Below are positions 19,984 through 29,928 of a DNA stretch of 64,000 bases, piece by piece. The notes under the pieces were generated by a model. It worked only from the letters and a program-made list of their open reading frames with translations, ran no database searches and had not been told where the DNA came from. How positions within the stretch are numbered: position 1 is the stretch's first letter; each line of letters starts with the position of its first letter. The stretch comes from an uncultured Clostridia bacterium (GTDB lineage: Bacteria > Bacillota > Clostridia > TANB77 > CAG-508): the NCBI GenBank assembly GCA_934141445.1, contig CAKPCF010000002.1, forward strand, positions 34,752 through 98,751. The letters are read 5' to 3'. A program made the translations under genes and the position numbers.

Positions 19984-22900
19984 ATGAATGAATATGCATT
20001 AAAAATATTGGAAATAATTGAAACAAAATGGAAGCAAAGAAATAAATTTAAAGATAATTGCAAGGTATTATTACCTAAAATAGTTTTTTTGAATAATATG
20101 TATTATTTAGCTTATCCAATAGTTATAGAAAGTGAAGATTTTAAATATGAATTAAAAGACTGGATATATCAAGAATTGAAAAATCTAAGATTGCAGTTTT
20201 CTTTGAAAGACGAAAATGACTATATTGGAAAAATAGATATCAACAAAGATACTATAAAAAATTTATTTTCAAATGAGATATTAGATAAATTTTCAGATTT
20301 ATATAAGTATATTGCAACAATATTAACAAGCAAGAATAATAAAAAAATAGAAGATAATAAATTACAATTGCTAATAAATGAATATAATCTAGGATTAGAT
20401 GAAATTTCACAAAGATTAGTGTTGAAAATTTATAAAAAAGATGAATTAAAAGAAGAAAATGAAATTGATGAAACATCAAATAAAGTTGAAATTAGCAAAC
20501 AAAAAAGTGAAATAAAAGAAATCGATGATAAATATTCAAAAGAAACAAAGCAAATATTGGAAGATATTAAAGTTTTAGAAAACCTAGAAAAAGTTGATTA
20601 TAATTTTGAGTGGAATTTAGTGAGTGGATTAAGATTTGCTTCACTTGATTTTATTGAATTATGTATCACATTACTAAAAAAAGGTGAGTTTTCAGTAGAG
20701 CAGATTGTAGAAAATGATAGAAAAAAAATTAAAATCTTGACTAAAATAGGGGTATTATGTAATACAAGATTTTCTGAAGAGAAAATGGATGATGTAATTT
20801 TAAAAGAAAAAATTGAAAAAGGTGAGTTCATAAGTATAGCAAAAGGTTCGTTTATTTCTGAACCTGAAGCCTATGAAAATTTTTTGTGTGTAAAATGTAA
20901 ATTTAGTAAATGTCCTAAATTTTATGCAGGATATATCTTATATCTAAGAAACAAAGGTTTATTAGAAGATGTTTTAAAAGATAGAGAAGAATATAGAAGA
21001 AATACTTTTGAAAGTGATCTTTTTACAATTAAATGGGAAGTAAAAGATGGTGTAAAGAAGATTCCTAAAAAAACTTTTGACATAGCTTTAACTTTACTTG
21101 AAAATGATATGGTATTTGTTAATCAAATAATTAACCAAGATAAAAAGCTTTTATTTAGAATATTTTTACCTTTTTCTTGTAATACATATAAATTTATTTC
21201 AGATAGCATAGATGAAATATTAAAATATAAAAATGTGCATCCTAATGATTGGAGATATGTAACAAGAGCAAATGATAAATTACTATATAAGTGTGACATT
21301 TGGAGCTGTGCAATGCCTTATTGCATATTTGACGTTGCAGGATATCTTTTTTATTTGAAAAAAACTGGACAATTAAATAAAATTGATGAAGATAGAAAAT
21401 ATTATGAAGAACATAAGGATGAAATTGAAAGAGAAGCGGAGCAAGAACAAAAGGAACAATTACTCAAATTTGAAGAAGAATCAAAGCAAAAAAGGGAACG
21501 TGAAATTAAAAAAATATTAGAATACAAAAATAAGTCTGAAAATATTGAGCAATTAGTAGAAAAAATAAGCACTGAAAATGGATTACATATTACTATTGAA
21601 GGGGAAAGAGGTACTGGAAAAACAGAACTTGCAAATAGAGTTTGTGAATTATTAAAAGCATATAATAAAATTGATAATAGTACACCAGAATATTTAAGCA
21701 TTCATAATTTGGCTTTTAAAAATACATACGAATATTTGGAAATGCCTAATACTACAACTTGGAATGTAAAAGAACTTTCAATGCATAATAAACATTTATA
21801 TGTTTTAAGTGATATAAAAGAATTTATTGAAGAATATAAACACGTAAAAAAAATGAATAATGTTAGTTACTTAGGATTAAAAAGAATTAACAGAGTAATA
21901 GACTTAATCACATCTTTATTTGATGAAAACTATATTATTTTATGCTCAGATAGAAAATCAATTGATGAATTTTTAGCATTAGATTCGAAAATAAAATTTG
22001 TATATCAAAATAATAGATATGAGATTTCAAATTTACCAATTGATATTTTATTTGACGTATATTGTCAAAACTTGAATAAAGATTTGATTTTAAAATTAAG
22101 AAATGATAAGGCTCTTAAAGAAAATGTAAAAAATAAATTTATTGAATATGTGAGTATAAATGCAGAATTTTTCCCATTTCAAAATGAAGAATTAGCTAAA
22201 TATTTGGCAAATTATAGCATAAGTAAAAAAGATTTTATTATGCCGGATAATATTTATAGAAGGGAAACTGTTGATGAGAGTTTAGATAAAATAATAGGAT
22301 TAAACACTGTAAAGAAAAAAATTAAAGAATTTGAAAAATATGCATTATATACAGTAAAAGCTAAAAACTTAGGGCTAAAAATGAACAAATCAAATTTACA
22401 CATGATATTTACTGGAAATCCTGGAACTGGAAAAACAACTATAGCAAGAATTATGGCAAAAATGCTATATGATTTAGGCTTAGTATCTGAAAACAAATTG
22501 GTTGAAGTTGAAAGAAAAGATTTAGTCGCAAGTTACATTGGACAAACTGCACCAAAGACAGCAGAAGTAGTTGAAAAAGCACTGGGAGGAGTATTATTTA
22601 TTGATGAAGCATATACTTTAGCACAAGGGAATAAATCTGGAAATGATTTTGGAGCAGAAGCAGTTGCAACTTTAATCAAAGCAATGGAAGACCATAAAGA
22701 TGATTTAGTTGTTATATTTGCAGGATATAAAGATGAAATGAAAACATTTTTGGATATAAATCCAGGAATAGCGTCAAGAATTGGATATACTTTTAATTTT
22801 GAAGATTATACTAGTGACGAATTACTAGAAATGTTTTTTATGAAAATGGATAATATGGGATATTCTTTAAAAGAGAATATAAATAAAGATTTGTCTAAAA

Positions 22901-24426
22901 TTTTTGAATATTTTATTAAAAGAAAAAATTTCGGAAATGGTCGTTTTGTAGACAAACTAATTCAAGAAGTCGTTATGAAGCATGCTTTAAGAGAAACGAC
23001 AGATATACGAGAAATTACAATAGAAGATATTCCAACAATAGAAGATTTAAATAATGTAAATTATACTAATTATGATGCAAACCAAATGCTTGAAAAATTA
23101 GTAGGATTACAAGAATTAAAGAAAAAAATAAAAGAATTTGAGAATTATATAAAATTTTTAAAGAAAGCTGAAGAGCAAAACTTATCTATACCAATTCAAA
23201 ATTTGCATATGATATTTACTGGAAATCCTGGAACTGGAAAAACAACAGTAGCAAGGATTATTGCCAAAATTTTATTTGATTTAGGTATAATTCATGAAAA
23301 TAAATTAGTTGAAGTTGAAAGAAAAGACTTGATTGCTGGATATGTTGGACAAACCGCAATTAAAACTTCAGAAGTAATTGAAAAGGCAATGGGAGGAGTA
23401 TTATTTATTGATGAGGCATATACTTTAGCCCAAGGGAATAAATCCGGAAATGATTTTGGAGCAGAGGCAGTTGCAACTTTAATTAAAGCAATGGAAGATC
23501 ATAAGGATAATTTGATTGTTATTTTTGCAGGATACAAGGAAGAAATGGGAGAATTTTTAAACATAAATCCAGGTATTTCATCAAGGATTGGTTATATATT
23601 TGATTTTCCAGACTATACTGATGCTGAATATTGTGAAATATATTATAGAAAGTTGACTGCATTGGGATTAAACATTGAGGAAAGTGCAAAAAAAGATGTA
23701 AAAAAAGTTATGAAGTATTTTTGCAATGTAGAAAATAATGGTAATGGTAGATTTGTAGATAAAGTTGTACAAAATACTTTATTAAAATTGGCTACTAAAC
23801 AAGGTGATATTACAATTGTTACTAGTGATTGTGTGCCATCAATTCAAGAGATGACTAAAAATATGTTTGCTGGAGAAAGAATGATAAATCCAGAATTTAT
23901 AGATGAAGATTCTCAAAGACGAACTGCAATTCATGAAATTGGGCATGCTACTATAAGATATGTATTAGAGAAAACACCTGGAATTAAGAAGATTACAATA
24001 AATGCTGAAGGAACAGGCAGTTTAGGATATGTTGAATACAATAATTCTAATTTTAAATATACATCAAGTAAAAATCAATATTTGAATAGAATATGTGGAC
24101 TTTTGGGTGGTATGTGTAATGAAATTGTTTATTTAGGAGAGCATGAATCAGGTAATAGTAGTGATTTAAATAAAGCATCTAATATTGTAAAAAATATGAT
24201 TACAAGATATGGAATGTCAAGTTTGGGATTGTATACATTTCCTAATGAGAATGATATAGATAAATATATATATGAAGAAGCAAATAAAATACTTTCTGAA
24301 TGTTATGAAAAAACTATTCAAATTTTAAATAAAAATAAAGAGAAAACTCAAAAAGCAATTGAATATCTAATTGAAAAGAAGGAAATAGACGAGGAACAAT
24401 TTTTGAAAATTATGAAGGAAGCATAA
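19984..24426 (+). CDS. 1480-aa multidomain protein: Cys-rich duplicated N-terminal region + degenerate P-loop + two SpoVK/CbbX-type AAA+ modules + C-terminal FtsH-like M41 peptidase
   Basis: LHMIFTGNPGTGKTT(I/V)ARI...GGVLFIDEAYTL occurs twice. ITIEGERGTGKTELANR is an earlier P-loop. HEIGHA Zn motif at 23932-23946, followed by LGGMCNEIVYLGE...SDLNKASNIVKNMITRYGMS. No TM segment seen. Confidence 0.7.
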   Translation: MNEYALKILEIIETKWKQRNKFKDNCKVLLPKIVFLNNMYYLAYPIVIESEDFKYELKDWIYQELKNLRLQFSLKDENDYIGKIDINKDTIKNLFSNEILDKFSDLYKYIATILTSKNNKKIEDNKLQLLINEYNLGLDEISQRLVLKIYKKDELKEENEIDETSNKVEISKQKSEIKEIDDKYSKETKQILEDIKVLENLEKVDYNFEWNLVSGLRFASLDFIELCITLLKKGEFSVEQIVENDRKKIKILTKIGVLCNTRFSEEKMDDVILKEKIEKGEFISIAKGSFISEPEAYENFLCVKCKFSKCPKFYAGYILYLRNKGLLEDVLKDREEYRRNTFESDLFTIKWEVKDGVKKIPKKTFDIALTLLENDMVFVNQIINQDKKLLFRIFLPFSCNTYKFISDSIDEILKYKNVHPNDWRYVTRANDKLLYKCDIWSCAMPYCIFDVAGYLFYLKKTGQLNKIDEDRKYYEEHKDEIEREAEQEQKEQLLKFEEESKQKREREIKKILEYKNKSENIEQLVEKISTENGLHITIEGERGTGKTELANRVCELLKAYNKIDNSTPEYLSIHNLAFKNTYEYLEMPNTTTWNVKELSMHNKHLYVLSDIKEFIEEYKHVKKMNNVSYLGLKRINRVIDLITSLFDENYIILCSDRKSIDEFLALDSKIKFVYQNNRYEISNLPIDILFDVYCQNLNKDLILKLRNDKALKENVKNKFIEYVSINAEFFPFQNEELAKYLANYSISKKDFIMPDNIYRRETVDESLDKIIGLNTVKKKIKEFEKYALYTVKAKNLGLKMNKSNLHMIFTGNPGTGKTTIARIMAKMLYDLGLVSENKLVEVERKDLVASYIGQTAPKTAEVVEKALGGVLFIDEAYTLAQGNKSGNDFGAEAVATLIKAMEDHKDDLVVIFAGYKDEMKTFLDINPGIASRIGYTFNFEDYTSDELLEMFFMKMDNMGYSLKENINKDLSKIFEYFIKRKNFGNGRFVDKLIQEVVMKHALRETTDIREITIEDIPTIEDLNNVNYTNYDANQMLEKLVGLQELKKKIKEFENYIKFLKKAEEQNLSIPIQNLHMIFTGNPGTGKTTVARIIAKILFDLGIIHENKLVEVERKDLIAGYVGQTAIKTSEVIEKAMGGVLFIDEAYTLAQGNKSGNDFGAEAVATLIKAMEDHKDNLIVIFAGYKEEMGEFLNINPGISSRIGYIFDFPDYTDAEYCEIYYRKLTALGLNIEESAKKDVKKVMKYFCNVENNGNGRFVDKVVQNTLLKLATKQGDITIVTSDCVPSIQEMTKNMFAGERMINPEFIDEDSQRRTAIHEIGHATIRYVLEKTPGIKKITINAEGTGSLGYVEYNNSNFKYTSSKNQYLNRICGLLGGMCNEIVYLGEHESGNSSDLNKASNIVKNMITRYGMSSLGLYTFPNENDIDKYIYEEANKILSECYEKTIQILNKNKEKTQKAIEYLIEKKEIDEEQFLKIMKEA

Positions 24427-24445
24427 TTTTTATATAGGAGTTTTT

Positions 24446-25015
24446 ATGAAGAAAAAAATAATTTTTTGTATAATTTTAATTTTACTGGGTAGTTCATTAC
24501 TTATAACAAATGTTTTAATTGGTAGACTAAATTGGCATTTAAGAGCAGATTTTATATGGTTAGCTTCTTATATGTTACCATTAGGAGTTATTTTACTAGT
24601 TGCGTTTTTGATTCATTTAGTCAAAAATAATGGAGTTAGAGTATTTCTTATGGTGGTTTGGATTTTGATAAGTTTAGTATTTTTAGCTATAGAAACTATG
24701 CTATTAGTATGGATTGTGAAAGATACACCAATTAAAGAAATTGATGGTGTTAAATATTGTAGTGTAGAATATTATAGTAATCGTTTGAGAAAAGATGTGT
24801 ATTATTATAAGGAATATAATATATTTGCATATCATGAAACAAAAGAATATATAGAAGAATTTTATGAACATGATGATTATATTCATCCAATATATAGAAT
24901 CTATAAAAAAGAAAATGTAGAAGATAATGTAATGTATGATTATGATAAAGAAGGAAACGTAACTAAAGTAACAATTTATGATAAAGATGGAAATAAAAAG
25001 GAATTGGAGAAGTAA
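24446..25015 (+). CDS. hypothetical membrane protein
   Basis: Four TM segments and a Tyr/Asp/Lys-rich tail. RBS AGGAG. Confidence 0.5.
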   Translation: MKKKIIFCIILILLGSSLLITNVLIGRLNWHLRADFIWLASYMLPLGVILLVAFLIHLVKNNGVRVFLMVVWILISLVFLAIETMLLVWIVKDTPIKEIDGVKYCSVEYYSNRLRKDVYYYKEYNIFAYHETKEYIEEFYEHDDYIHPIYRIYKKENVEDNVMYDYDKEGNVTKVTIYDKDGNKKELEK

Positions 25016-25017
25016 AA

Positions 25018-25311
25018 ATGAATAAGATAGTTACAATTTGTGGTAGCATGAAATTTAAAGAAAAAATGATGGAAGTAGCAAAAGAATTAGAAATCAAAAA
25101 TAGATATGTAGTAATTCAATGTGTTTATAGTAATGATAAGTTTAGCGAAAAAGAACAAGAAATTTTATCAGAATTGCATTATAATAAGATTGAAATAAGT
25201 GATGCTATTTATGTAGTAAATGTTGATGGATATATTGGTACATCTACTATGCATGAAATAGAATATGCTAAAAAATTAGGAAAAGAAGTATTATATTTGA
25301 ATAGTGTATAA
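25018..25311 (+). CDS. small conserved protein, possibly nucleoside 2-deoxyribosyltransferase-like fold
   Basis: The pattern IVTICGSMKF...DAIYVVNVDGYIGTSTMHEIEYAKKLGKEV resembles DUF4406/Nuc_deoxyrib_tr-like proteins. Recognised from memory only. Confidence 0.35.
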   Translation: MNKIVTICGSMKFKEKMMEVAKELEIKNRYVVIQCVYSNDKFSEKEQEILSELHYNKIEISDAIYVVNVDGYIGTSTMHEIEYAKKLGKEVLYLNSV

Positions 25312-25483
25312 AACAAGAAAATATATCCCATATTGTTGGAATTATATATAATTTCGTCAATATGGGTTTGATTTTATTAAAAAACTTAAAATGTGCAATT
25401 CTTGAATTTCATATACTTTTATGGTAAAATATAAATCAATGTGTATAATAGGAAATTTGAATAAAAAGAGTGGAAGTGAAAAA

Positions 25484-26425
25484 ATGGATATGTATCAAAA
25501 AAGAAAAAATCGACAAGAGATGAAAAGTAACGAAAATAAAGATGAGATGCAAAACAAAATGAATATCAACTGGTATCCAGGGCATATGGCAAAAACAAGG
25601 AGACAAATAATTGAAGATTTAAAACTAATAGATGTTGTAGTAGAGTTATTAGATGCAAGAATACCAATTTCCAGTAGAAATCCAGATATAAGAGAAATTA
25701 CAAAAAATAAGAAAAAGATAATTTTATTAAATAAATCAGATTTATCTGATGATTCAGTAAATACAAAATGGGTTAGTTACTTTTCAAAGGAAGCGAAAAC
25801 GATTTTAACAGATGCAAATTCTGGAAGAGGAATAAATCAACTAACTAAAGCAATAGATGAATTGATGGTTGAAGAAAAAGCTAGACAAGCAGCAAGAGGT
25901 AGAATAAATAAAACTACTAGAGTTATGATTTTGGGTATTCCGAATGTTGGAAAATCATCATTGATAAATAGACTATCAAAAAGAAATACAACAGAAGTTG
26001 GTAATAGACCAGGTGTTACAAAGCAAAAACAATGGATAAGGATAAGTAAAGACCAAGAATTATTAGATACACCAGGTGTATTATGGCCAAAATTTGAAAA
26101 TAATAAAGTTGCATTAAATTTAGCATATACAGGAACAATAAAAGATGATATACTAGAAAGAACTGAAGTAGCTTATGAATTGCTAAAAAAATTATATGAA
26201 GAATATTTAGAAAACTTAAAACAAAGATATAAGTTAACTGATGAAGAAATTGAAAATGTAAAATCAGAAGAGGAAAATTTTATTTATGGACTAATGAAAC
26301 TTATAGCAAGAAAAAGAGGTGCTTTGGTTTCAGGAGGAGAAGTAGATGATGAAAAAGTTTCTGGAATTATAATTGATGATTTTAGAACTGGAAAATTAGG
26401 AAAAATTAGTTTAGAAAGGCCGTAA
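25484..26425 (+). CDS. rbgA: ribosome biogenesis GTPase A
   Basis: NINWYPGHMAKTRR, the circularly permuted GTPase motifs NKSDL...GIPNVGKSSLINRL...DTPG. The start is uncertain (25421, 25484, or the downstream in-frame ATGs MQNKM). Confidence 0.85.
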   Translation: MDMYQKRKNRQEMKSNENKDEMQNKMNINWYPGHMAKTRRQIIEDLKLIDVVVELLDARIPISSRNPDIREITKNKKKIILLNKSDLSDDSVNTKWVSYFSKEAKTILTDANSGRGINQLTKAIDELMVEEKARQAARGRINKTTRVMILGIPNVGKSSLINRLSKRNTTEVGNRPGVTKQKQWIRISKDQELLDTPGVLWPKFENNKVALNLAYTGTIKDDILERTEVAYELLKKLYEEYLENLKQRYKLTDEEIENVKSEEENFIYGLMKLIARKRGALVSGGEVDDEKVSGIIIDDFRTGKLGKISLERP

Positions 26426-26428
26426 AAA

Positions 26429-26824
26429 TTGGAATTTATAGATAGAAAAAAAGATATAAAAGATGTTGATATGTTGTCTCCATTAGTATGGGCTTATGTT
26501 GGAGATGCTGTGTATGAATTATACATAAGAACACATTTAATAAATAATTCAAATGCAAAACCTCATAAATTACATGTAGAATCAATTAAATATGTTAAAG
26601 CAAAAGCTCAGGCTGATATATTAAAAAAACTACAAGATATTTTAACTGATGAAGAAAAAGATATAGTTAGAAGAGGAAGAAATACAGAAAATCATCATGT
26701 TGCAAAGAATGCAAATGTTGCAGATTATGCTCAATCTACAGCTTTTGAAGCTTTAATAGGATATTTATATTTATCTAAAAATGATGATAGATTAAAAGAA
26801 ATTCTTGATTCTTGTATTGACTAA
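26429..26824 (+). CDS. mrnC: mini-ribonuclease 3
   Basis: LVWAYVGDAVYELYIRTHL, RRGRN and STAFEALIGYLYL. TTG start. Confidence 0.85.
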   Translation: MEFIDRKKDIKDVDMLSPLVWAYVGDAVYELYIRTHLINNSNAKPHKLHVESIKYVKAKAQADILKKLQDILTDEEKDIVRRGRNTENHHVAKNANVADYAQSTAFEALIGYLYLSKNDDRLKEILDSCID

Positions 26825-26884
26825 TTAAATGAAATATGTTATAAATAAATAGCTGATTGATATTAAAGTATCAATTTGTTATTT

Positions 26885-26959
26885 GGCCCCTTGGTCAAGC
26901 GGCTAAGACGTCACCCTCTCAAGGTGAAATCATGGGTTCGATTCCCGTAGGGGTCACCA
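26885..26959 (+). tRNA. tRNA-Glu (anticodon CUC)
   Basis: Cloverleaf read by eye: acceptor GGCCCCT/AGGGGTC, anticodon stem TCACC/GGTGA with loop CT-CTC-AA (anticodon at 26918-26920), T-arm ATGGG-TTCGATT-CCCGT, encoded CCA. The overall sequence form matches Firmicute tRNA-Glu. Confidence 0.85.
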
Positions 26960-26965
26960 AGTTTT

Positions 26966-26998
26966 ATAGTATCTATGAAAAGTAGATACTATTTTTTT
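26966..26998 (+). terminator. rho-independent terminator after tRNA-Glu
   Basis: ATAGTATCTA-tgaaaag-TAGATACTAT followed by a T-run. Confidence 0.8.
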
Positions 26999-27070
26999 AT
27001 ATCAAATTTATATGGAATCGAAAAGGAGGAAAAATTAACAATCCAGTGAATTGTTAATCCGACGAGGGTA

Positions 27071-27134
27071 GATTCCCGTAGGGGGGTCACCCAATTTTAT
27101 AGTATCTATGAAAAGTAGATACTATTTTTTTATA
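27071..27134 (+). repeat. direct repeat of the tRNA-Glu 3' end plus its terminator (pseudo-tRNA or att-like scar)
   Basis: GATTCCCGTAGGGGGGTCACCCAATTTTATAGTATCTATGAAAAGTAGATACTATTTTTTTATA compared with 26940-27001. The copies are identical apart from small changes in the G-run, in CACCA>CACCCA and at one G>A. Confidence 0.8.
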
Positions 27135-27259
27135 ATAAATAATTTTAGTATTTTTACGAATATTACATTTATGTTAAAATTATTGCAACAAAAAATAATA
27201 ATGATAAAATAAATATAAGGTACTATAACCAATTTTTGTAAAACAAAGGAGAAAAAAAT

Positions 27260-29179
27260 ATGAGTTTTGAAAAATTATGGTCTCCAGGGAAAATAGGAAA
27301 AATGGAGCTAAAAAATCGTTTTGTTGTACCACCAATGGGTACAAATTATGGAAATTATGATGGCTTTGTTACTGATGAGATGATAGAATATTATCGTCGT
27401 AGAGCAGCTGGTGGTTTTGGTTTAATAGTTGTAGAAGTTACAGCAGTTGATCCAAAAGGAAAAGCGATAGTTAACGAAGTTGGATTATGGGATGATGAAC
27501 ACATTTATGGATTTAGAAAATTAGTAGATACAGTTCATAGAGAAGGTGCAAAAATTATTATTCAATTACATCATTGTGGTAGACAAACTGCACCAGCACA
27601 AATATTTAATCAAAATCCAGAAGCACCAAGTAGAGTTGCTTGCCCAGTTATGAATGTTGTTCCAGATGAAATGAGCATAGATAGAGTATGGCAAGTTATA
27701 AATGAATTTGGTGATGCAGCAGCAAGAGCTAAACAAGCTGGAGCAGATGGTATTGAAGTTCATGGTGCACATGGATATTTAATAGCACAATTTATGTCAC
27801 CACATGCAAATAAGAGAGTAGATGAATTTGGTGGAGATTTTGAAGGAAGAATGAAATTCCCAAGAGAAATCTTTAGAAATATAAGATCAAAAGTTGGTTA
27901 TGACTATCCAATGACATTTAGATTTGGATATGATGAAAAAGTTACAGGTGGTCGTACACTTGAAGAATCTGTTATGGTTGCGAGAATGGCTGAAGAAGAA
28001 ACAGTTAATGCATTACATGTTTCAATAATGACTTATGAATCAATGCAATATATGTCTGCATCACAAGCAATGCCAAATGGATTTAATCAATTCCCAACAA
28101 AAGTAATAAAAGAAGCAGTTCATATTCCAGTTATTTCAGTTGGACGTTATACACCATGGATGGCTGAAAGTGCATTGTTAAATGGTTGTGCTGATTTCAT
28201 TTCATTTGGTAGAGCATCACTTGCTGAACCAAATCTTCCAAACTTAGTAAAAGAGGGAAGAACAAATGAAATTTGTCCATGTATTTCTTGCACACAATCT
28301 TGTATAAATTATATATTTGTTGGAAATAAATGCTCTTGCTTAGTAAATCCAATTACAGGTCATGAAACAGAATATGATTTATCAGAAGTTGCTTATAAGA
28401 AGAATGTAGCAATAGTTGGTGCTGGACCAGCAGGTTTATATGCAGCAATGATTGCAGCAAAACGTGGTCATAGAGTAACTGTATACGAAAAGACAAATCA
28501 TATTGGTGGACAATTTAGATTAGGAGCTATTCCACCTGCAAAACAAGAAATTACAACAGCAATTAAATATTATCATACAATGGGAATGAAATATGGTGTA
28601 AATTATAGAATGAATTATATGCCAAATGCTGATGAATTAAAAGGATATGAAGTCGTTATTCTAGCAACAGGAAGTATACCTTCAAAACCAGGTATTCCAG
28701 GAATTGATAATGGTCATGTAATAGATGCACTAGATGTGTTATCAGGTGATAAAGTTCCAGGAACTAATGTACTAGTTCTAGGTGGTGGTATGACTGGTGT
28801 TGAAACTGCAGAATTTATGGCAGAACATAATAGAGCAGTAACAGTATTAGAAATGAGACCAGATATTGCACTTGATGAAGGTATGATACCAAGAGCATTC
28901 TTAATGCCAAGACTTGCAGAAAAAGGTGTTAAGAAAATTGTTAATGCCAAAGTTGAAACAATTCAAGAAGATGGAGTAACTTATACTTCAAATGGAAAAG
29001 AAGAAACTTTACATGGATTTGATTCAATTGTATTAGCATTAGGTGTAAAATCATACAATCCATTAGAAGAGCAATTAAAAGGACAAGTTAAAGAACTATA
29101 TGTAATAGGAGATGCTAAACAAGTAGGACCAGCTAATAAAGCTACAGAATCTGCTTTAGCTGTTGCTGCAAGAATTTAG
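27260..29179 (+). CDS. 2-enoate reductase / 2,4-dienoyl-CoA reductase-like flavoprotein (OYE domain + 4Fe-4S + FAD/NAD(P) domain)
   Basis: HGAHGYLIAQFMSPHANKRVDEFGG, the Cys cluster CPCISCTQSC...CSC, and the dinucleotide fold VAIVGAGPAGLYAAMIAAKRGHRVTVYEK. Confidence 0.8.
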   Translation: MSFEKLWSPGKIGKMELKNRFVVPPMGTNYGNYDGFVTDEMIEYYRRRAAGGFGLIVVEVTAVDPKGKAIVNEVGLWDDEHIYGFRKLVDTVHREGAKIIIQLHHCGRQTAPAQIFNQNPEAPSRVACPVMNVVPDEMSIDRVWQVINEFGDAAARAKQAGADGIEVHGAHGYLIAQFMSPHANKRVDEFGGDFEGRMKFPREIFRNIRSKVGYDYPMTFRFGYDEKVTGGRTLEESVMVARMAEEETVNALHVSIMTYESMQYMSASQAMPNGFNQFPTKVIKEAVHIPVISVGRYTPWMAESALLNGCADFISFGRASLAEPNLPNLVKEGRTNEICPCISCTQSCINYIFVGNKCSCLVNPITGHETEYDLSEVAYKKNVAIVGAGPAGLYAAMIAAKRGHRVTVYEKTNHIGGQFRLGAIPPAKQEITTAIKYYHTMGMKYGVNYRMNYMPNADELKGYEVVILATGSIPSKPGIPGIDNGHVIDALDVLSGDKVPGTNVLVLGGGMTGVETAEFMAEHNRAVTVLEMRPDIALDEGMIPRAFLMPRLAEKGVKKIVNAKVETIQEDGVTYTSNGKEETLHGFDSIVLALGVKSYNPLEEQLKGQVKELYVIGDAKQVGPANKATESALAVAARI

Positions 29180-29191
29180 TGGAGAGAGAAA

Positions 29192-29809
29192 ATGAAGTTT
29201 TTATATGGAACAGGTAATCTTGCAAAATTAGAACAAATGAAAGAGATTATCAAATTAAATAATTTTGATGTAGATATTATTTCTTTAAAAGATATAAATT
29301 TTAATGAAGAAATAATAGAAGATGGAAAAAATTTTGAAGAAAATTCTGAAATAAAAGCAAATGCAATAAAGAAATTTTGTGATAAAAATAATATACACGA
29401 TAGAATCATTTTAACAGATGATTCAGGACTTTGTGTAGATAAATTAAATGGAGAACCTGGAGTATATACAGCTAGATATGCTGGTGAACATCCAACTCAA
29501 ATAGAAAATATCACAAAATTATTGAACAATATGAAACCATATCAAAGTATGGAAGATAGAACATGTAAATTTGTAACAGTATTAACAGCAATACTTCCAA
29601 GTGATAAAAAGATAGTTGCTAGAGGAGAATGTAAAGGAAAAATAGCTTTAAATCATGGAAGGCTAGGTGGACTTACATTTAGCCCTGTATTTATTCCAGA
29701 TGGCTTTGACAAACCAATGGGAGATATGAATGAAGAAGAATTTAGTAGAGTTCATAATCATAGAGAATTAGCAATGAAGCAAATGCTTGAAAAATTAAAG
29801 AATATATAG
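29192..29809 (+). CDS. rdgB: non-canonical purine NTP pyrophosphatase (RdgB/HAM1)
   Basis: GTGNLAKLEQ, TDDSGLCVDKLNGEPGVYTARYAG and HRELA. Confidence 0.8.
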   Translation: MKFLYGTGNLAKLEQMKEIIKLNNFDVDIISLKDINFNEEIIEDGKNFEENSEIKANAIKKFCDKNNIHDRIILTDDSGLCVDKLNGEPGVYTARYAGEHPTQIENITKLLNNMKPYQSMEDRTCKFVTVLTAILPSDKKIVARGECKGKIALNHGRLGGLTFSPVFIPDGFDKPMGDMNEEEFSRVHNHRELAMKQMLEKLKNI

Positions 29810-29928
29810 AATATATTAAATCGATTTAATTGCATCTCGAATGTTGGAAAAACTAACATTTTGAGGTGCAATTTTTTTACATTTTGCTAAAAAGGTCGAA
29901 AAATGAAATATAAAAAAGAACAAATGTA

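Noticed and set aside
27260-29179. 2-enoate reductase gene as horizontally acquired, judged on composition
   Set aside because: It looks somewhat less AT-rich by eye, but conserved enzyme genes usually do. I cannot compute GC or codon statistics here, so no claim is made beyond the neighbouring tRNA-fragment repeat.
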